Shown here piece by piece: positions 11,777 to 20,746 of a stretch of 64,000 nt of DNA. Within the stretch, counting starts at the first letter, position 1; the number at the start of each line of letters is the position of its first letter. Origin of the DNA: Minisyncoccota bacterium (GTDB lineage Bacteria > Patescibacteriota > Minisyncoccia > Phycocordibacterales > CAIZLB01); contig JAGOSK010000002.1 of the NCBI GenBank assembly GCA_018062305.1, positions 5,495 through 69,494 of the forward strand, given 5' to 3'. Under the pieces are notes generated by a model, which saw nothing but the letters and a program-made list of their open reading frames with translations, was not told where the DNA came from and searched no databases. Both the position numbers and the translations under genes were made by a program.

Positions 11777-12052
11777 CTAAAGTTTTTTTAATTTTTTTAT
11801 GAAGTTTTTCCCCTCAAGCGGGCTGTCACCATTCTTATTATCCTTTGCAGTTTCGATTTCTGATTCCCTAATTACTGATTGCAAAAAAGGAGTGGGTTCG
11901 TAAGACATGTTAAGAGATATCTCTTTTGTGCGTACAAACTGACGGAGAAGGGCATTAACAATAGTACCGAGGGGAATACCAAACCCTTCAGCAACAAGCT
12001 GAGCCTCAGTTTTGAGAGTTTTATCTATCTTCAAATTTAATACTGTCTTCAT
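11777..12052 (-). CDS. relB: Type II antitoxin, RelB/DinJ family (ribbon-helix-helix)
   Basis: MKTVLNLKIDKTLKTEAQLVAEGFGIPLGTIVNALLRQFV is DinJ/RelB-like. The internal ATG at 12052 is preferred over the track start at 12109 because a promoter and operator sit just upstream of it. Confidence 0.7.
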   Translation of the reverse strand: MKTVLNLKIDKTLKTEAQLVAEGFGIPLGTIVNALLRQFVRTKEISLNMSYEPTPFLQSVIRESEIETAKDNKNGDSPLEGKNFIKKLKKL

Positions 12053-12090
12053 AAACCAAAGTATATACTTTGGTTGGACATTGTCAATCT
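12053..12090 (-). promoter_or_regulatory. relBE promoter with palindromic operator
   Basis: On the minus strand: TTGACA (complement of 12082..12087), a 16-nt spacer, then TATACT. The perfect 18-bp palindrome CCAAAGTATATACTTTGG (12056..12073) overlaps the -10, and ATG follows about 7 nt after it, so the transcript is probably leaderless. Confidence 0.55.
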
Positions 12091-12203
12091 CTGTTAATTT
12101 AAAAAACATAAAGTTGGCTCTGCACAGCTTTGCATAAGTTAGCGTTGCATAAGTGTAAGTGTACCCTTAAGTATTCCCTTGTCCGGTGGACAAGTGTTTC
12201 ACC

Positions 12204-12232
12204 TTGAATAACCCCCAAATCCTTGCTAGAAT
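12204..12232 (+). promoter_or_regulatory. Candidate promoter for pyk
   Basis: TTGAAT (12204..12209), a 17-nt spacer, then TAGAAT (12227..12232), about 60 nt upstream of the pyk ATG. Confidence 0.4.
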
Positions 12233-12292
12233 GGACCCCTGTTTAAAAAATTAACCCAGCTACCACAGATAGCCAATTCACCAATAAATCAT

Positions 12293-13729
12293 ATGCACCT
12301 AGGAAAGAAAACAAAGATTGTAGCAACAATCGGTCCTGCAACATCAAGTCAGGAACAACTCGAGAAACTCCTCAAAGCAGGACTCAATGTTATTAGACTT
12401 AACTTCTCACACGGAGATTTTGCTGAACACCAGGAAAAAGTAGACAATGCAAAGGCCGCGTCAAAGAAAACTGGTATTCCAGTAGCTATTCTCCAAGATC
12501 TTAGTGGTCCTAAAATCCGAACAGGAACATTCCAGAATGATCCAGCAGTTCGAATCAATCTTAAGGCAGGTCAGAAGTTTACATTTTCTACAAATGAAAA
12601 AACTGTAGGTGATGAAACTAAGGCATACATCAACTATTCAAAGCTTCCTGCTGAAATCAAAAAAGGTGAAGCAGTTCTCGTTGATGATGGAAAAGTGCGA
12701 ATGGTTTGTACTGATATCAAAGGTGATGAAGTTATCTGTAAAGTTGTAAACGGTGGTGAACTCAAAGGGCGACGAGGAGTAAACCTTCCAGATTCTGATC
12801 TTTCTATCAGTGCTCTCACTGCAAAAGATAAAAAAGACATTGAGTTCGGTGAAAAGAATAATGTTGATTATGTTGCATTCTCATTTGTGCGAAAAGCCTC
12901 AGAAGCAGCAGAGCTCCGAAAGATCCTCAACAAGCGAGGTATGAATCACACAAAGATTATTGCCAAGATTGAAACTCCACAGGCTCTTGAAAACTTTGAT
13001 GAAATTCTAGAGATTGTAGATGGTGCTATGGTTGCTCGAGGAGACCTTGCTGTAGAAATTCCAGCTGAAAAAGTGCCTCTTGCTCAGAAAATGATTATCG
13101 AAAAATGTAATGCTGCAGGTAAGCCAGTTATCACAGCTACACAGATGCTTGAATCTATGATCAAAAACCCAGTTCCGACTCGTGCTGAAGTTTCTGATGT
13201 TGCAAACGCAATGCTTGATGGTACAGATGCAGTGATGCTTTCTGAAGAAACAACTCTTGGTTCATACCCAGTCCAAGCTGTTGAAATGATGGCAAAAATT
13301 GCCGGTGAAGTTGAAAACGATGTTCGACACTCTATTCTTCTTGCTCACCCTGAGCGACTTGAGTCAGACACTCTCAGCAAAGCTATCGGAGGGGCAGCGG
13401 CTCATACAGCTGAACAGATTGGTGCTAAATATATTGTAGCCCTCACTGAGTTCGGTCATGCGGCAGCCCTTGCTTCACGACAACGAGTTTCAGTTCCTGT
13501 ACTTGCTCTTACTCCAAATCAAAAGACTCTCAATCAGATGTGTATGTACTTCGGTGTATACCCAATGATGATTAAGACTCACGTAGGTTTCCGAGAAGCT
13601 CACGAAGATGCAAAGAAAATGCTCATCGCTGAGAAGCTTGTGAAGAAGGGTGACAAGCTTGTGTTTATCTCAGGTACTCCATTCAAAGAGGCTGATGAGA
13701 CAAACATGGTTATGGTTGAGCAGATATAG
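12293..13729 (+). CDS. pyk: Pyruvate kinase
   Basis: 478 aa. KKTKIVATIGPA and NFSHG motifs, the catalytic core and a C-terminal allosteric domain are present. Confidence 0.95.
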   Translation: MHLGKKTKIVATIGPATSSQEQLEKLLKAGLNVIRLNFSHGDFAEHQEKVDNAKAASKKTGIPVAILQDLSGPKIRTGTFQNDPAVRINLKAGQKFTFSTNEKTVGDETKAYINYSKLPAEIKKGEAVLVDDGKVRMVCTDIKGDEVICKVVNGGELKGRRGVNLPDSDLSISALTAKDKKDIEFGEKNNVDYVAFSFVRKASEAAELRKILNKRGMNHTKIIAKIETPQALENFDEILEIVDGAMVARGDLAVEIPAEKVPLAQKMIIEKCNAAGKPVITATQMLESMIKNPVPTRAEVSDVANAMLDGTDAVMLSEETTLGSYPVQAVEMMAKIAGEVENDVRHSILLAHPERLESDTLSKAIGGAAAHTAEQIGAKYIVALTEFGHAAALASRQRVSVPVLALTPNQKTLNQMCMYFGVYPMMIKTHVGFREAHEDAKKMLIAEKLVKKGDKLVFISGTPFKEADETNMVMVEQI

Positions 13730-13778
13730 TCAGTATTTTAAAGGTAAAATCTGTGCGTAGGAATCGCAGGGATGAATT

Positions 13779-13812
13779 AAAAGCTCTAGTCTAGTGCTAG
13801 GGCTTTTGATGT
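13779..13812 (+). terminator. Putative terminator after pyk
   Basis: AAAGCTCTAG-tctagtg-CTAGGGCTTT: a 9/10 stem followed by TTTTGAT. Confidence 0.35.
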
Positions 13813-13883
13813 TCACCTAGTGTGTATCAAGTATCCAACGTGTATCCTTTAGATACTTGATACACATCGATACATAATTCAGT

Positions 13884-14717
13884 TTGGTTTATATAAATAG
13901 TATTGACCAAATGATATTGCTGTATACAATGGTCGTAATGACACAACAAAGAAAACCCCTAAAAATAGAAAGATTCTTCGATGCGACGACGACTGCAAAA
14001 GAAGCAGGAAAGTATATCAATGATATTCTGACTCAGTATATTGAAAAGCCAGTCCTTTTTCTCGTGGCTGGTGGCTCATCGACCACTGTGCTCGAACATG
14101 TTAATCCAGAGTATTTGAGTCCCGATCTCACTGTCACCACAACAGACGACCGATTCTCAACTGAATTAGATATAAATAATTTTTCAATTTTACAGAGTCT
14201 GAGCTTCTATAATAATCTCGTGGAAGCAGATGCTTTTTGTATAAGTACCGAGCCTTTTGAAGATGAGATTTTGGAGCAATATCGAGCTCGATTTGAGAAA
14301 AATCTCCGAGAATGGAAACAAGATTTCCCAAAAGGCACTATCGTGGGCTTATATGGAATGGGAGCAGATGGACATACTGGTGGAATGATCCCCGGCCTAT
14401 TGAGTAAAGAAGAATTCGATGCTGAGTTCAATGATGCCGATAGACTTGTTGGAACTTTTGATGCTGTTGCGCATGGTGGGGGAGTCAAAGCTAGTCAATA
14501 CGAATTTCCACAAAGGATTTCAACGACCATCCCATTTATGCGAGATTGGGTAGACCATGCGGTGTTCTATATTACTGGTGAAAATAAAAAGTTGGCACTT
14601 GATGCTGTGTTGCAGATTTCTGATGAGACACTTTCAACTGATGTCGATTTTAGTAAAGCTCCGATAGCGATAGCTCGATTTATGAAGGATACGACGATCT
14701 TTACCGATATTCAGTAG
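13884..14717 (+). CDS. 6-phosphogluconolactonase / glucosamine-6-phosphate deaminase family protein
   Basis: GLYGMGADGHTGGMIPG is the LGMGxDGHTASL-type motif of the Pgl/NagB fold. The true start may lie downstream of the track start, for example at MTQQRK. Confidence 0.65.
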   Translation: MVYINSIDQMILLYTMVVMTQQRKPLKIERFFDATTTAKEAGKYINDILTQYIEKPVLFLVAGGSSTTVLEHVNPEYLSPDLTVTTTDDRFSTELDINNFSILQSLSFYNNLVEADAFCISTEPFEDEILEQYRARFEKNLREWKQDFPKGTIVGLYGMGADGHTGGMIPGLLSKEEFDAEFNDADRLVGTFDAVAHGGGVKASQYEFPQRISTTIPFMRDWVDHAVFYITGENKKLALDAVLQISDETLSTDVDFSKAPIAIARFMKDTTIFTDIQ

Positions 14718-14789
14718 CTTTATCTTTTCTTGATATGTTCTTCAGCGGTAGGGTGATATATTATTAAATACATAATATAATAGAAACAT

Positions 14790-15578
14790 ATGACAACATA
14801 TACACGCACAGACAGCGATTTATTGATGACCACAGGATTTATAGGGGCGACGTCCTTAGGGTCTCCTTCGGATCACTCGAGCGGGGAAGCCGGAGAGCCT
14901 AGACAGTACATCCTCAAGCTTCGAGATCTACCCACAGACGACAAACCTCGTGAGAAGCTTATAGAGCAAGGGGTTCAGGCACTGTCTCTCCAGGAGCTCA
15001 TATCAGTCGTTTTAAACACTGGTACAAAGAAAGAGGACGTTACAGCTATGTCACAGAAGATTGTCCGAGAATACGGCAACAGCGCCCTTACAGGCACTGT
15101 TGACCCTACGACTATGGCAGAGGAGCTCGACATACCACTTGGTAAAGCATGTCAGGTTGTGGCGTGTAGTGAGATAGGGAGACGTCTATACAAAAAGAGC
15201 GATGTTGGTCTTGCGGTGATTCGCACAGCTGATGATGTGTACAAGTTTTTGGCTGAGATGCAGACATTGCCAAAAGAGCAACTTCGAGGTTTATATCTCG
15301 ATACTCACAATAGAGTAATTCACCAAGAGATCATTTCTATGGGTACTATTAATTCAAATATCGTGCATGCACGAGAAGTCTTCCGGCCAGCTCTTGAGTA
15401 CAATGCAGCCGCTGTGGTGCTCGCACACAATCACCCATCTGGTGTAGTGACTCCGAGTCTGTCGGACTCACAGATTACAAAACAGATTATAGAGGCAGGA
15501 AAAATCATCGGCATACACCTCCTCGACCACGTCATCATTACAAAAGACGGCTTTGCTAGTGTGCCAGCGGAGTACTAA
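14790..15578 (+). CDS. radC: RadC-family JAB/MPN-domain protein
   Basis: N-terminal LRDLPTDDKPREKLIEQG helix-hairpin-helix region. The C-terminal AHNHPSG JAMM motif follows. Confidence 0.85.
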   Translation: MTTYTRTDSDLLMTTGFIGATSLGSPSDHSSGEAGEPRQYILKLRDLPTDDKPREKLIEQGVQALSLQELISVVLNTGTKKEDVTAMSQKIVREYGNSALTGTVDPTTMAEELDIPLGKACQVVACSEIGRRLYKKSDVGLAVIRTADDVYKFLAEMQTLPKEQLRGLYLDTHNRVIHQEIISMGTINSNIVHAREVFRPALEYNAAAVVLAHNHPSGVVTPSLSDSQITKQIIEAGKIIGIHLLDHVIITKDGFASVPAEY

Positions 15579-15625
15579 AAAATGCTATACTAAATGTCAG
15601 AGACATCGCCGCGCCAAGAGGACGG

Positions 15626-15820
15626 TTGCGCGGCATGATTTCGCTAAATCAAATGAAAAAAAGAACACTCATTATTATATTAGGTATTTGGATCGCACTT
15701 ATTCCAGTCCTTGGACTTCCAAATGTTTGGAAAAATAGAATTGTTTCAGTATCTGCACTCATTGTGGTGTATCTCGCATATACGCGAAGCGCATCTCCAA
15801 AACCAACTAGTCAACAATAG
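15626..15820 (+). CDS. Small hypothetical membrane protein (two predicted TM helices)
   Basis: TLIIILGIWIALIPVLGL and IVSVSALIVVYLAY are hydrophobic segments. It sits between radC and the ATPase gene. Support is weak. Confidence 0.25.
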   Translation: MRGMISLNQMKKRTLIIILGIWIALIPVLGLPNVWKNRIVSVSALIVVYLAYTRSASPKPTSQQ

Positions 15821-15866
15821 TAATCTATTCTAATAAAAGATATTTGATATAGTCTGCGACACGACT

Positions 15867-18104
15867 TTGATATATAATGTTATTCATAAAGCTCTTATGA
15901 ATCCTAATGAAGATTTTTTAAATGATGATGAACAAGTAACGTACTTCGGTGAGACCGACGCGCGAAATCGACGTCTGCGTTTTGGTATAAAAAGAAAAGA
16001 TAGAGCGAAACATTTGTACGCCATCGGTAAAACAGGTATGGGTAAATCAACTCTGCTTGAGAATCTTGCTGTCCAAGATATTTTGAATGGGGAAGGGCTT
16101 TGTTTCCTTGATCCTCACGGCAAGTCTGCTGATCTATTGCTTGAATATGTTCCAGAACATCGTATAAAAGACGTCATCTACTTTGCACCGTTTGACATGG
16201 AGCACCCAATATCTTTTAACGTAATGGAAGACGTTGGACCTGAACAGCGATATCTTGTAGCAAGTGGAATGATGTCAGCCTTCAAGAAAATTTGGGTAGA
16301 CGCATGGTCGGCTCGAATGGAATATATTCTTGGAAATATTATGCTTGCACTTTTGGAGTATCCTGGTTCGACACTTGTGGGTGTAAATAGAATGCTCACA
16401 GACAAAGATTTTCGTAAAGAAGTTGTGAATCATATTTCTGATCCATCAGTAAAATCTTTTTGGGTGAATGAATATGCAAACTATACCGAAAAGTTTGCCG
16501 CTGAAGCCGCGCCTGCTATTCAAAACAAAGTAGGGCAGTTTGTTGCTAACCCGCTTATTCGAAATATTATCGGCCAGCCGAAATCATCTTTTGATATCCG
16601 AGACATTATGGATAACCGAAAGATACTCATTATCAACCTTTCAAAAGGTAGAGTGGGTGAAGCGAATGCAAATCTCCTGGGTTCAATGTTGATTACCAAA
16701 ATATATCTTGGCGCTATGAGTCGTGCTGATCTTGGTGAAAAAGAGCTAGAAAAGGCGCCAAACTTCTATCTCTATGTAGATGAGTTTCAATCTTTTGCAA
16801 ATGAGTCTTTTGCCGATATACTTTCTGAAGCTCGAAAATACAAGTTGGCTTTATGTATTGCTCACCAGTACATTGAACAAATGACCGAAGAGGTACGAGC
16901 GGCGGTGTTTGGAAACGTAGGTACTATGGTGACTTTTCGAGTGGGGGCATATGATGCTGAGATTCTTGAAAAAGAATATGCGCCACACTTTTTAGCCGAG
17001 GATATAGTGAGTCTCCAAAAATATCAAATGTATTTGAAGCTGATGATTGATGGGGTAACATCTCCGCCATTTTCAGCCGCAGGCATGGCACCTATTCCGC
17101 GTCCTGAAATAAATTATACCAATGAGATTTTGGCATCATCACGTGCTTTGTATGCAAAACCTCGACAGCAAGTAGAGGATGAACTTTTGGCATGGATTCA
17201 AAAGAAGTTCGGGGGAGGGGGTGGTAATTCTGGTGGTAGTTCATCGGGTGGTGGCAATGGCGGCGGAAATGGTTCTGCGGGCGGTAATGGCGGTGCTTCC
17301 TCAAACGGAAATGGTGGCTCAGGCAGTAGAGGTGGCGCATCGTCGACACCATACTCAAGTGGTCCACGGTCTGGTGGGGGATCTGGTGCTGGTGGAGTGA
17401 GATCTAGCGGTACGGGAAGTAGTTCTAGCTCATCATCTAGTACATCAAGTGGGGGATATTCATCTCCACGCCCTTCAGCGAGTGGAAGTAGTACTGGAAG
17501 TGCTATGCGCGACAGTCGCGGAAATACTCAACAATCAGGTCCAAGTTCACGCCCTGCTCATGCGCAATCTGATAATAGGGATCGTACAGCAACAAATCAC
17601 GTGACGACATCAAGTCATTCAATTAAACCATCACAACCAACCCACGGAATTCATTCAACCCAATCACCCCACGCAATTCCTTCAGCCTCCAGAAATCCAG
17701 TTCAAGCTAGTGGCGCAGTTGCTGCAGCGAATGTAGTACAAGGAAACGAACGCGAGCAAGAATTACGAAACGCAATGTCACTTAGTTATTTAAAAACTGA
17801 GCCCACACCGCCGAAGCACGAGAAAGTTCCAAAGCCAGAAAATATCGCAGCTTTACGTGAAGCACTGCTGTCTGTGATGAATCAGGATCAGTCAAAGAAT
17901 CTAATTCAAAATGAGGAAAAGCAGAGTGTTACTCCTGTACCTGAAACACCGGTTGATCATAAAAAAGAAGAGAAGTCAGATCCATCCGAAAAATCAGAAA
18001 CAAAACCTACTGCTCATACAAAACCAAATGATACGAGGGTGAGTGAAAAAAATGATAAAAAAGAGGTTCAAGAATCTGAGTTGAAAGATATTTTTGCAGA
18101 GTAG
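15867..18104 (+). CDS. Soluble P-loop ATPase of the TraD/TraG/VirD4 coupling-protein type (TrwB_AAD_bind-like) with a long disordered C-terminal tail
   Basis: Walker A is AIGKTGMGKST, Walker B is LYVDEFQSF, and LCIAHQYIEQM is a coupling-protein-like AHQ motif. There is no N-terminal TM. About 330 C-terminal residues are low-complexity (Gly/Ser/Asn, then Ser/Thr/Pro/His, then Lys/Glu-rich). The start may be the ATG at 15897 rather than the TTG at 15867. Confidence 0.7.
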   Translation: MIYNVIHKALMNPNEDFLNDDEQVTYFGETDARNRRLRFGIKRKDRAKHLYAIGKTGMGKSTLLENLAVQDILNGEGLCFLDPHGKSADLLLEYVPEHRIKDVIYFAPFDMEHPISFNVMEDVGPEQRYLVASGMMSAFKKIWVDAWSARMEYILGNIMLALLEYPGSTLVGVNRMLTDKDFRKEVVNHISDPSVKSFWVNEYANYTEKFAAEAAPAIQNKVGQFVANPLIRNIIGQPKSSFDIRDIMDNRKILIINLSKGRVGEANANLLGSMLITKIYLGAMSRADLGEKELEKAPNFYLYVDEFQSFANESFADILSEARKYKLALCIAHQYIEQMTEEVRAAVFGNVGTMVTFRVGAYDAEILEKEYAPHFLAEDIVSLQKYQMYLKLMIDGVTSPPFSAAGMAPIPRPEINYTNEILASSRALYAKPRQQVEDELLAWIQKKFGGGGGNSGGSSSGGGNGGGNGSAGGNGGASSNGNGGSGSRGGASSTPYSSGPRSGGGSGAGGVRSSGTGSSSSSSSSTSSGGYSSPRPSASGSSTGSAMRDSRGNTQQSGPSSRPAHAQSDNRDRTATNHVTTSSHSIKPSQPTHGIHSTQSPHAIPSASRNPVQASGAVAAANVVQGNEREQELRNAMSLSYLKTEPTPPKHEKVPKPENIAALREALLSVMNQDQSKNLIQNEEKQSVTPVPETPVDHKKEEKSDPSEKSETKPTAHTKPNDTRVSEKNDKKEVQESELKDIFAE

Positions 18105-18142
18105 TAAAAAAAGAGTAGGGCGATTAAGCTACAGTTTGCAAA

Positions 18143-18952
18143 CTATAGTTTAAAAATAAATTTACGAACAATACGAATATATGCTTTTACAAGTGCTTTA
18201 TAGTAGTTCGGATAGACATGCCTATATTTTTTAACTAATTCTAATACAACAAGTGCAAGTTTAATCCTCTCTTTTCCGTTTGATCCAGAGGCACTGTTTA
18301 TGCGAACAGTATATCGTGTTTCGGTATCAGGAATATTTGTAATGTCACCTATCTGGGCAAGACGAAGCCATAAATCGTAGTCTTCAGCTAGACGCATACT
18401 TGTGAGACCTCCCACTTTATTGTATGCGTCCCTTCGAAATACGACTGAAGAATTAATAATCGGACACCGTAGAAGCATTTCATCATGAATAACTTTTGGA
18501 TCAGTCTTGTGATAAAACCACCACATACGTGTTCCGCTTTCTGTGACGAATTCAGTTTTCTCTGCACCTACCACTAGCACATTTGGATTCTTTTCGAGAT
18601 ATGAAATTTGGTTCTCAAGCTTCTTTGGGTTGATCCAACTATCATCATCATCAAGAATAGCGATGTAGGGGTTCTGCATCTCTGATTGTGCGATACCTTT
18701 TGCACGAGCAGACCCTGGACCTACATTTTGTGCTAGCTCTATTAGTTTAACTCGAGGGTCTGTAGCGCCAATTTCACGTACTATTTTTGCTGTGTTATCT
18801 GTGCTCCCATCTGATACTACTACAATTTCAAAACCTGGGTACTCTGTAGGGTCTTGTGCATTTTGTACAGCAACACTCTGTTCGAGTGCACTTTGAATAG
18901 CACGCGCTATGTATTTTTCTCCATTTTTTGTTGCGATGATTACTGAGATCAT
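18143..18952 (-). CDS. Glycosyltransferase family 2
   Basis: MISVIIATKNGEKYIARAIQSALEQ, VVSDGSTDNT and ILDDDDSW are GT-A fold DxD motifs. Confidence 0.85.
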   Translation of the reverse strand: MISVIIATKNGEKYIARAIQSALEQSVAVQNAQDPTEYPGFEIVVVSDGSTDNTAKIVREIGATDPRVKLIELAQNVGPGSARAKGIAQSEMQNPYIAILDDDDSWINPKKLENQISYLEKNPNVLVVGAEKTEFVTESGTRMWWFYHKTDPKVIHDEMLLRCPIINSSVVFRRDAYNKVGGLTSMRLAEDYDLWLRLAQIGDITNIPDTETRYTVRINSASGSNGKERIKLALVVLELVKKYRHVYPNYYKALVKAYIRIVRKFIFKL

Positions 18953-19013
18953 GTTGGTTGGTACAATTATATAACTCTAGGAATTTCTGTGTGGCACTAG
19001 TATCCCAATTATA

Positions 19014-19955
19014 CTATAATTTTAGCCACTTTTCAGGGATAATATTTGGGTGATCTGTGCCGCTTACAGTCCATTGTTTCGGCGCAATTACTATTTTATC
19101 CGGATTACTATTCAGCCATGCACCCCACCAACTGAAAGAGCTATTGGCAATAATATTATGCTTGCATAAAGACATAAGGGCGAGCTCTTCGTAATCTTGG
19201 AGCTCTGGATTTGAAATATAGGTTACAGGACTTAGTACGCCCCCCTCGTTTTGACTAGAAGGGCTGTTTATAGGGATATTTTTCTTAACCCACTCAATAT
19301 CATCTGAAAATACAAAAAAATGTGGATTCGAGATATGTTGTTTAATGTGTGCTATTGCGTCAGTATAATACTGTATTGAACAAAGCCCTTGAGTTTTGTT
19401 TGCTGATGGATTTGTAACATAATCGCCTCGGCGGACATGAAGTGAAACTGAATTTTCGAAGTCGGATGCTGGATTTCCCATGGCTTGAATTTGATCCATA
19501 TATATTTTCATAACAGGGGATATATGCTCAGGCTTAAGTTGAAAGTCGTTCTGTATCATTTCTCGAAAATCGTTACTACCCACTGTATAGTATTTTTCAG
19601 ATTGAAAAAAACCATCTAGATATAGCGTGCCTGATGTGGCACTTTTTCTCTCGAGTAATTCTGGATGATAATCAATATAGTTCTTTCTAAGAATTTTTTG
19701 ACTGAATGCTCTCAAAACTTTTGAAACTATACCAAATGGATATTTTGCTCGCAGAACGTCTTCTGGCGTTGCGATATCCCCTTGTATATTAAAAAATTGA
19801 AGCCGGTACGAGCGGGGAGTGTCACCTTGAACCTTCGTAGCATAGCCAGTTGTGTCGAGCCTCAGTTCTTCATTGTGAACCTTTGATATGACTCGTCCGA
19901 GTGCATATTGAAACATTTGATTGCCGAGTCCTCCTCGGAGACGTGTGAGTATCAT
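19014..19955 (-). CDS. Alpha-1,2-fucosyltransferase (glycosyltransferase family 11)
   Basis: Carries the GT11 signature motifs GGLGNQMFQYA, HVRRGDY and FSWWGAWL. Confidence 0.85.
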   Translation of the reverse strand: MILTRLRGGLGNQMFQYALGRVISKVHNEELRLDTTGYATKVQGDTPRSYRLQFFNIQGDIATPEDVLRAKYPFGIVSKVLRAFSQKILRKNYIDYHPELLERKSATSGTLYLDGFFQSEKYYTVGSNDFREMIQNDFQLKPEHISPVMKIYMDQIQAMGNPASDFENSVSLHVRRGDYVTNPSANKTQGLCSIQYYTDAIAHIKQHISNPHFFVFSDDIEWVKKNIPINSPSSQNEGGVLSPVTYISNPELQDYEELALMSLCKHNIIANSSFSWWGAWLNSNPDKIVIAPKQWTVSGTDHPNIIPEKWLKL

Positions 19956-20746
19956 GAGATTTTTTTCTTAAACCAGAAACATCCGCATCCATAATTCTCT
20001 GCGTCAGCTTGAGACTTGGTCGCATTGATAAGTATACCGCCGTTTTGAGCGTTTTTATCATCTCGATCATTACGAGCATTCTCGGGAATAAGTGAAAATT
20101 CTACCAATTCAAGGTCTTTGAAATATTCAACAATGTAGATGTATGTATAGATCCGGTGAGCATTATATTCAATCTTGGCTGTGCCTCCGATAGGTGTAAC
20201 AAAAAGAATTGATCCGCCTGGTTTTGTCACACGGATGAGTTCGCGTATCGCCTTCAAATCTGCTTCTGGATCGATCGGATCACCATATCTTCCTAGTCCA
20301 ATATGCTCGATAGTGTGCATACAGGAAATAGACTCGAGGCTATTATCTTCGAAGGGGAGATTCATTAGATTTCCAGGTTTACTTTCAAGATTTGAGAGAT
20401 TCAACTCTGCAGGGCGATAGTCGTAGAATTTTACTGGAATAAAAGCTGAGACGATTCCACAAAAATAGAGACTCGAAGATATATCAGTATGAAATGATGG
20501 GTTTATCTCTTTTACTTTTCGAGCAGCCCATGCAGTGTGAAATACATAGTGTCGGTCAAATCCTGTTGTAATTGTCTTATCTTTGACACAAGGGTAAGCA
20601 TCACTGATGTTGAGAGAAAATCTTGCCGGAGTGCCCGCCTTGCTCGATTGTAGTATTGCTTTCTTGTACTTCATCCAGTCATGTAGGATGAGGGGTGTTT
20701 GGGCGTATCTGATCAATCGTTTGAGTATGTGTTTTAGGTTATTCAT
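19952..20746 (-). CDS. SAM-dependent methyltransferase (DUF268-like) in the glycan cluster
   Basis: ISCMHTIEHIGLGRYGDP...LIRVTKPGGSILFVTP is a Methyltransf_11-like core. It overlaps the GT11 gene by 4 nt. Confidence 0.65.
   Translation of the reverse strand: MNNLKHILKRLIRYAQTPLILHDWMKYKKAILQSSKAGTPARFSLNISDAYPCVKDKTITTGFDRHYVFHTAWAARKVKEINPSFHTDISSSLYFCGIVSAFIPVKFYDYRPAELNLSNLESKPGNLMNLPFEDNSLESISCMHTIEHIGLGRYGDPIDPEADLKAIRELIRVTKPGGSILFVTPIGGTAKIEYNAHRIYTYIYIVEYFKDLELVEFSLIPENARNDRDDKNAQNGGILINATKSQADAENYGCGCFWFKKKIS

Noticed and set aside
17092-17400. ORFs 17092..17367 (-) and 17179..17400 (+)
   Set aside because: They lie within the Gly/Ser-rich low-complexity coding region of the TraD-like ATPase. 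They are artefacts of the GGT/GGC-rich repeats.
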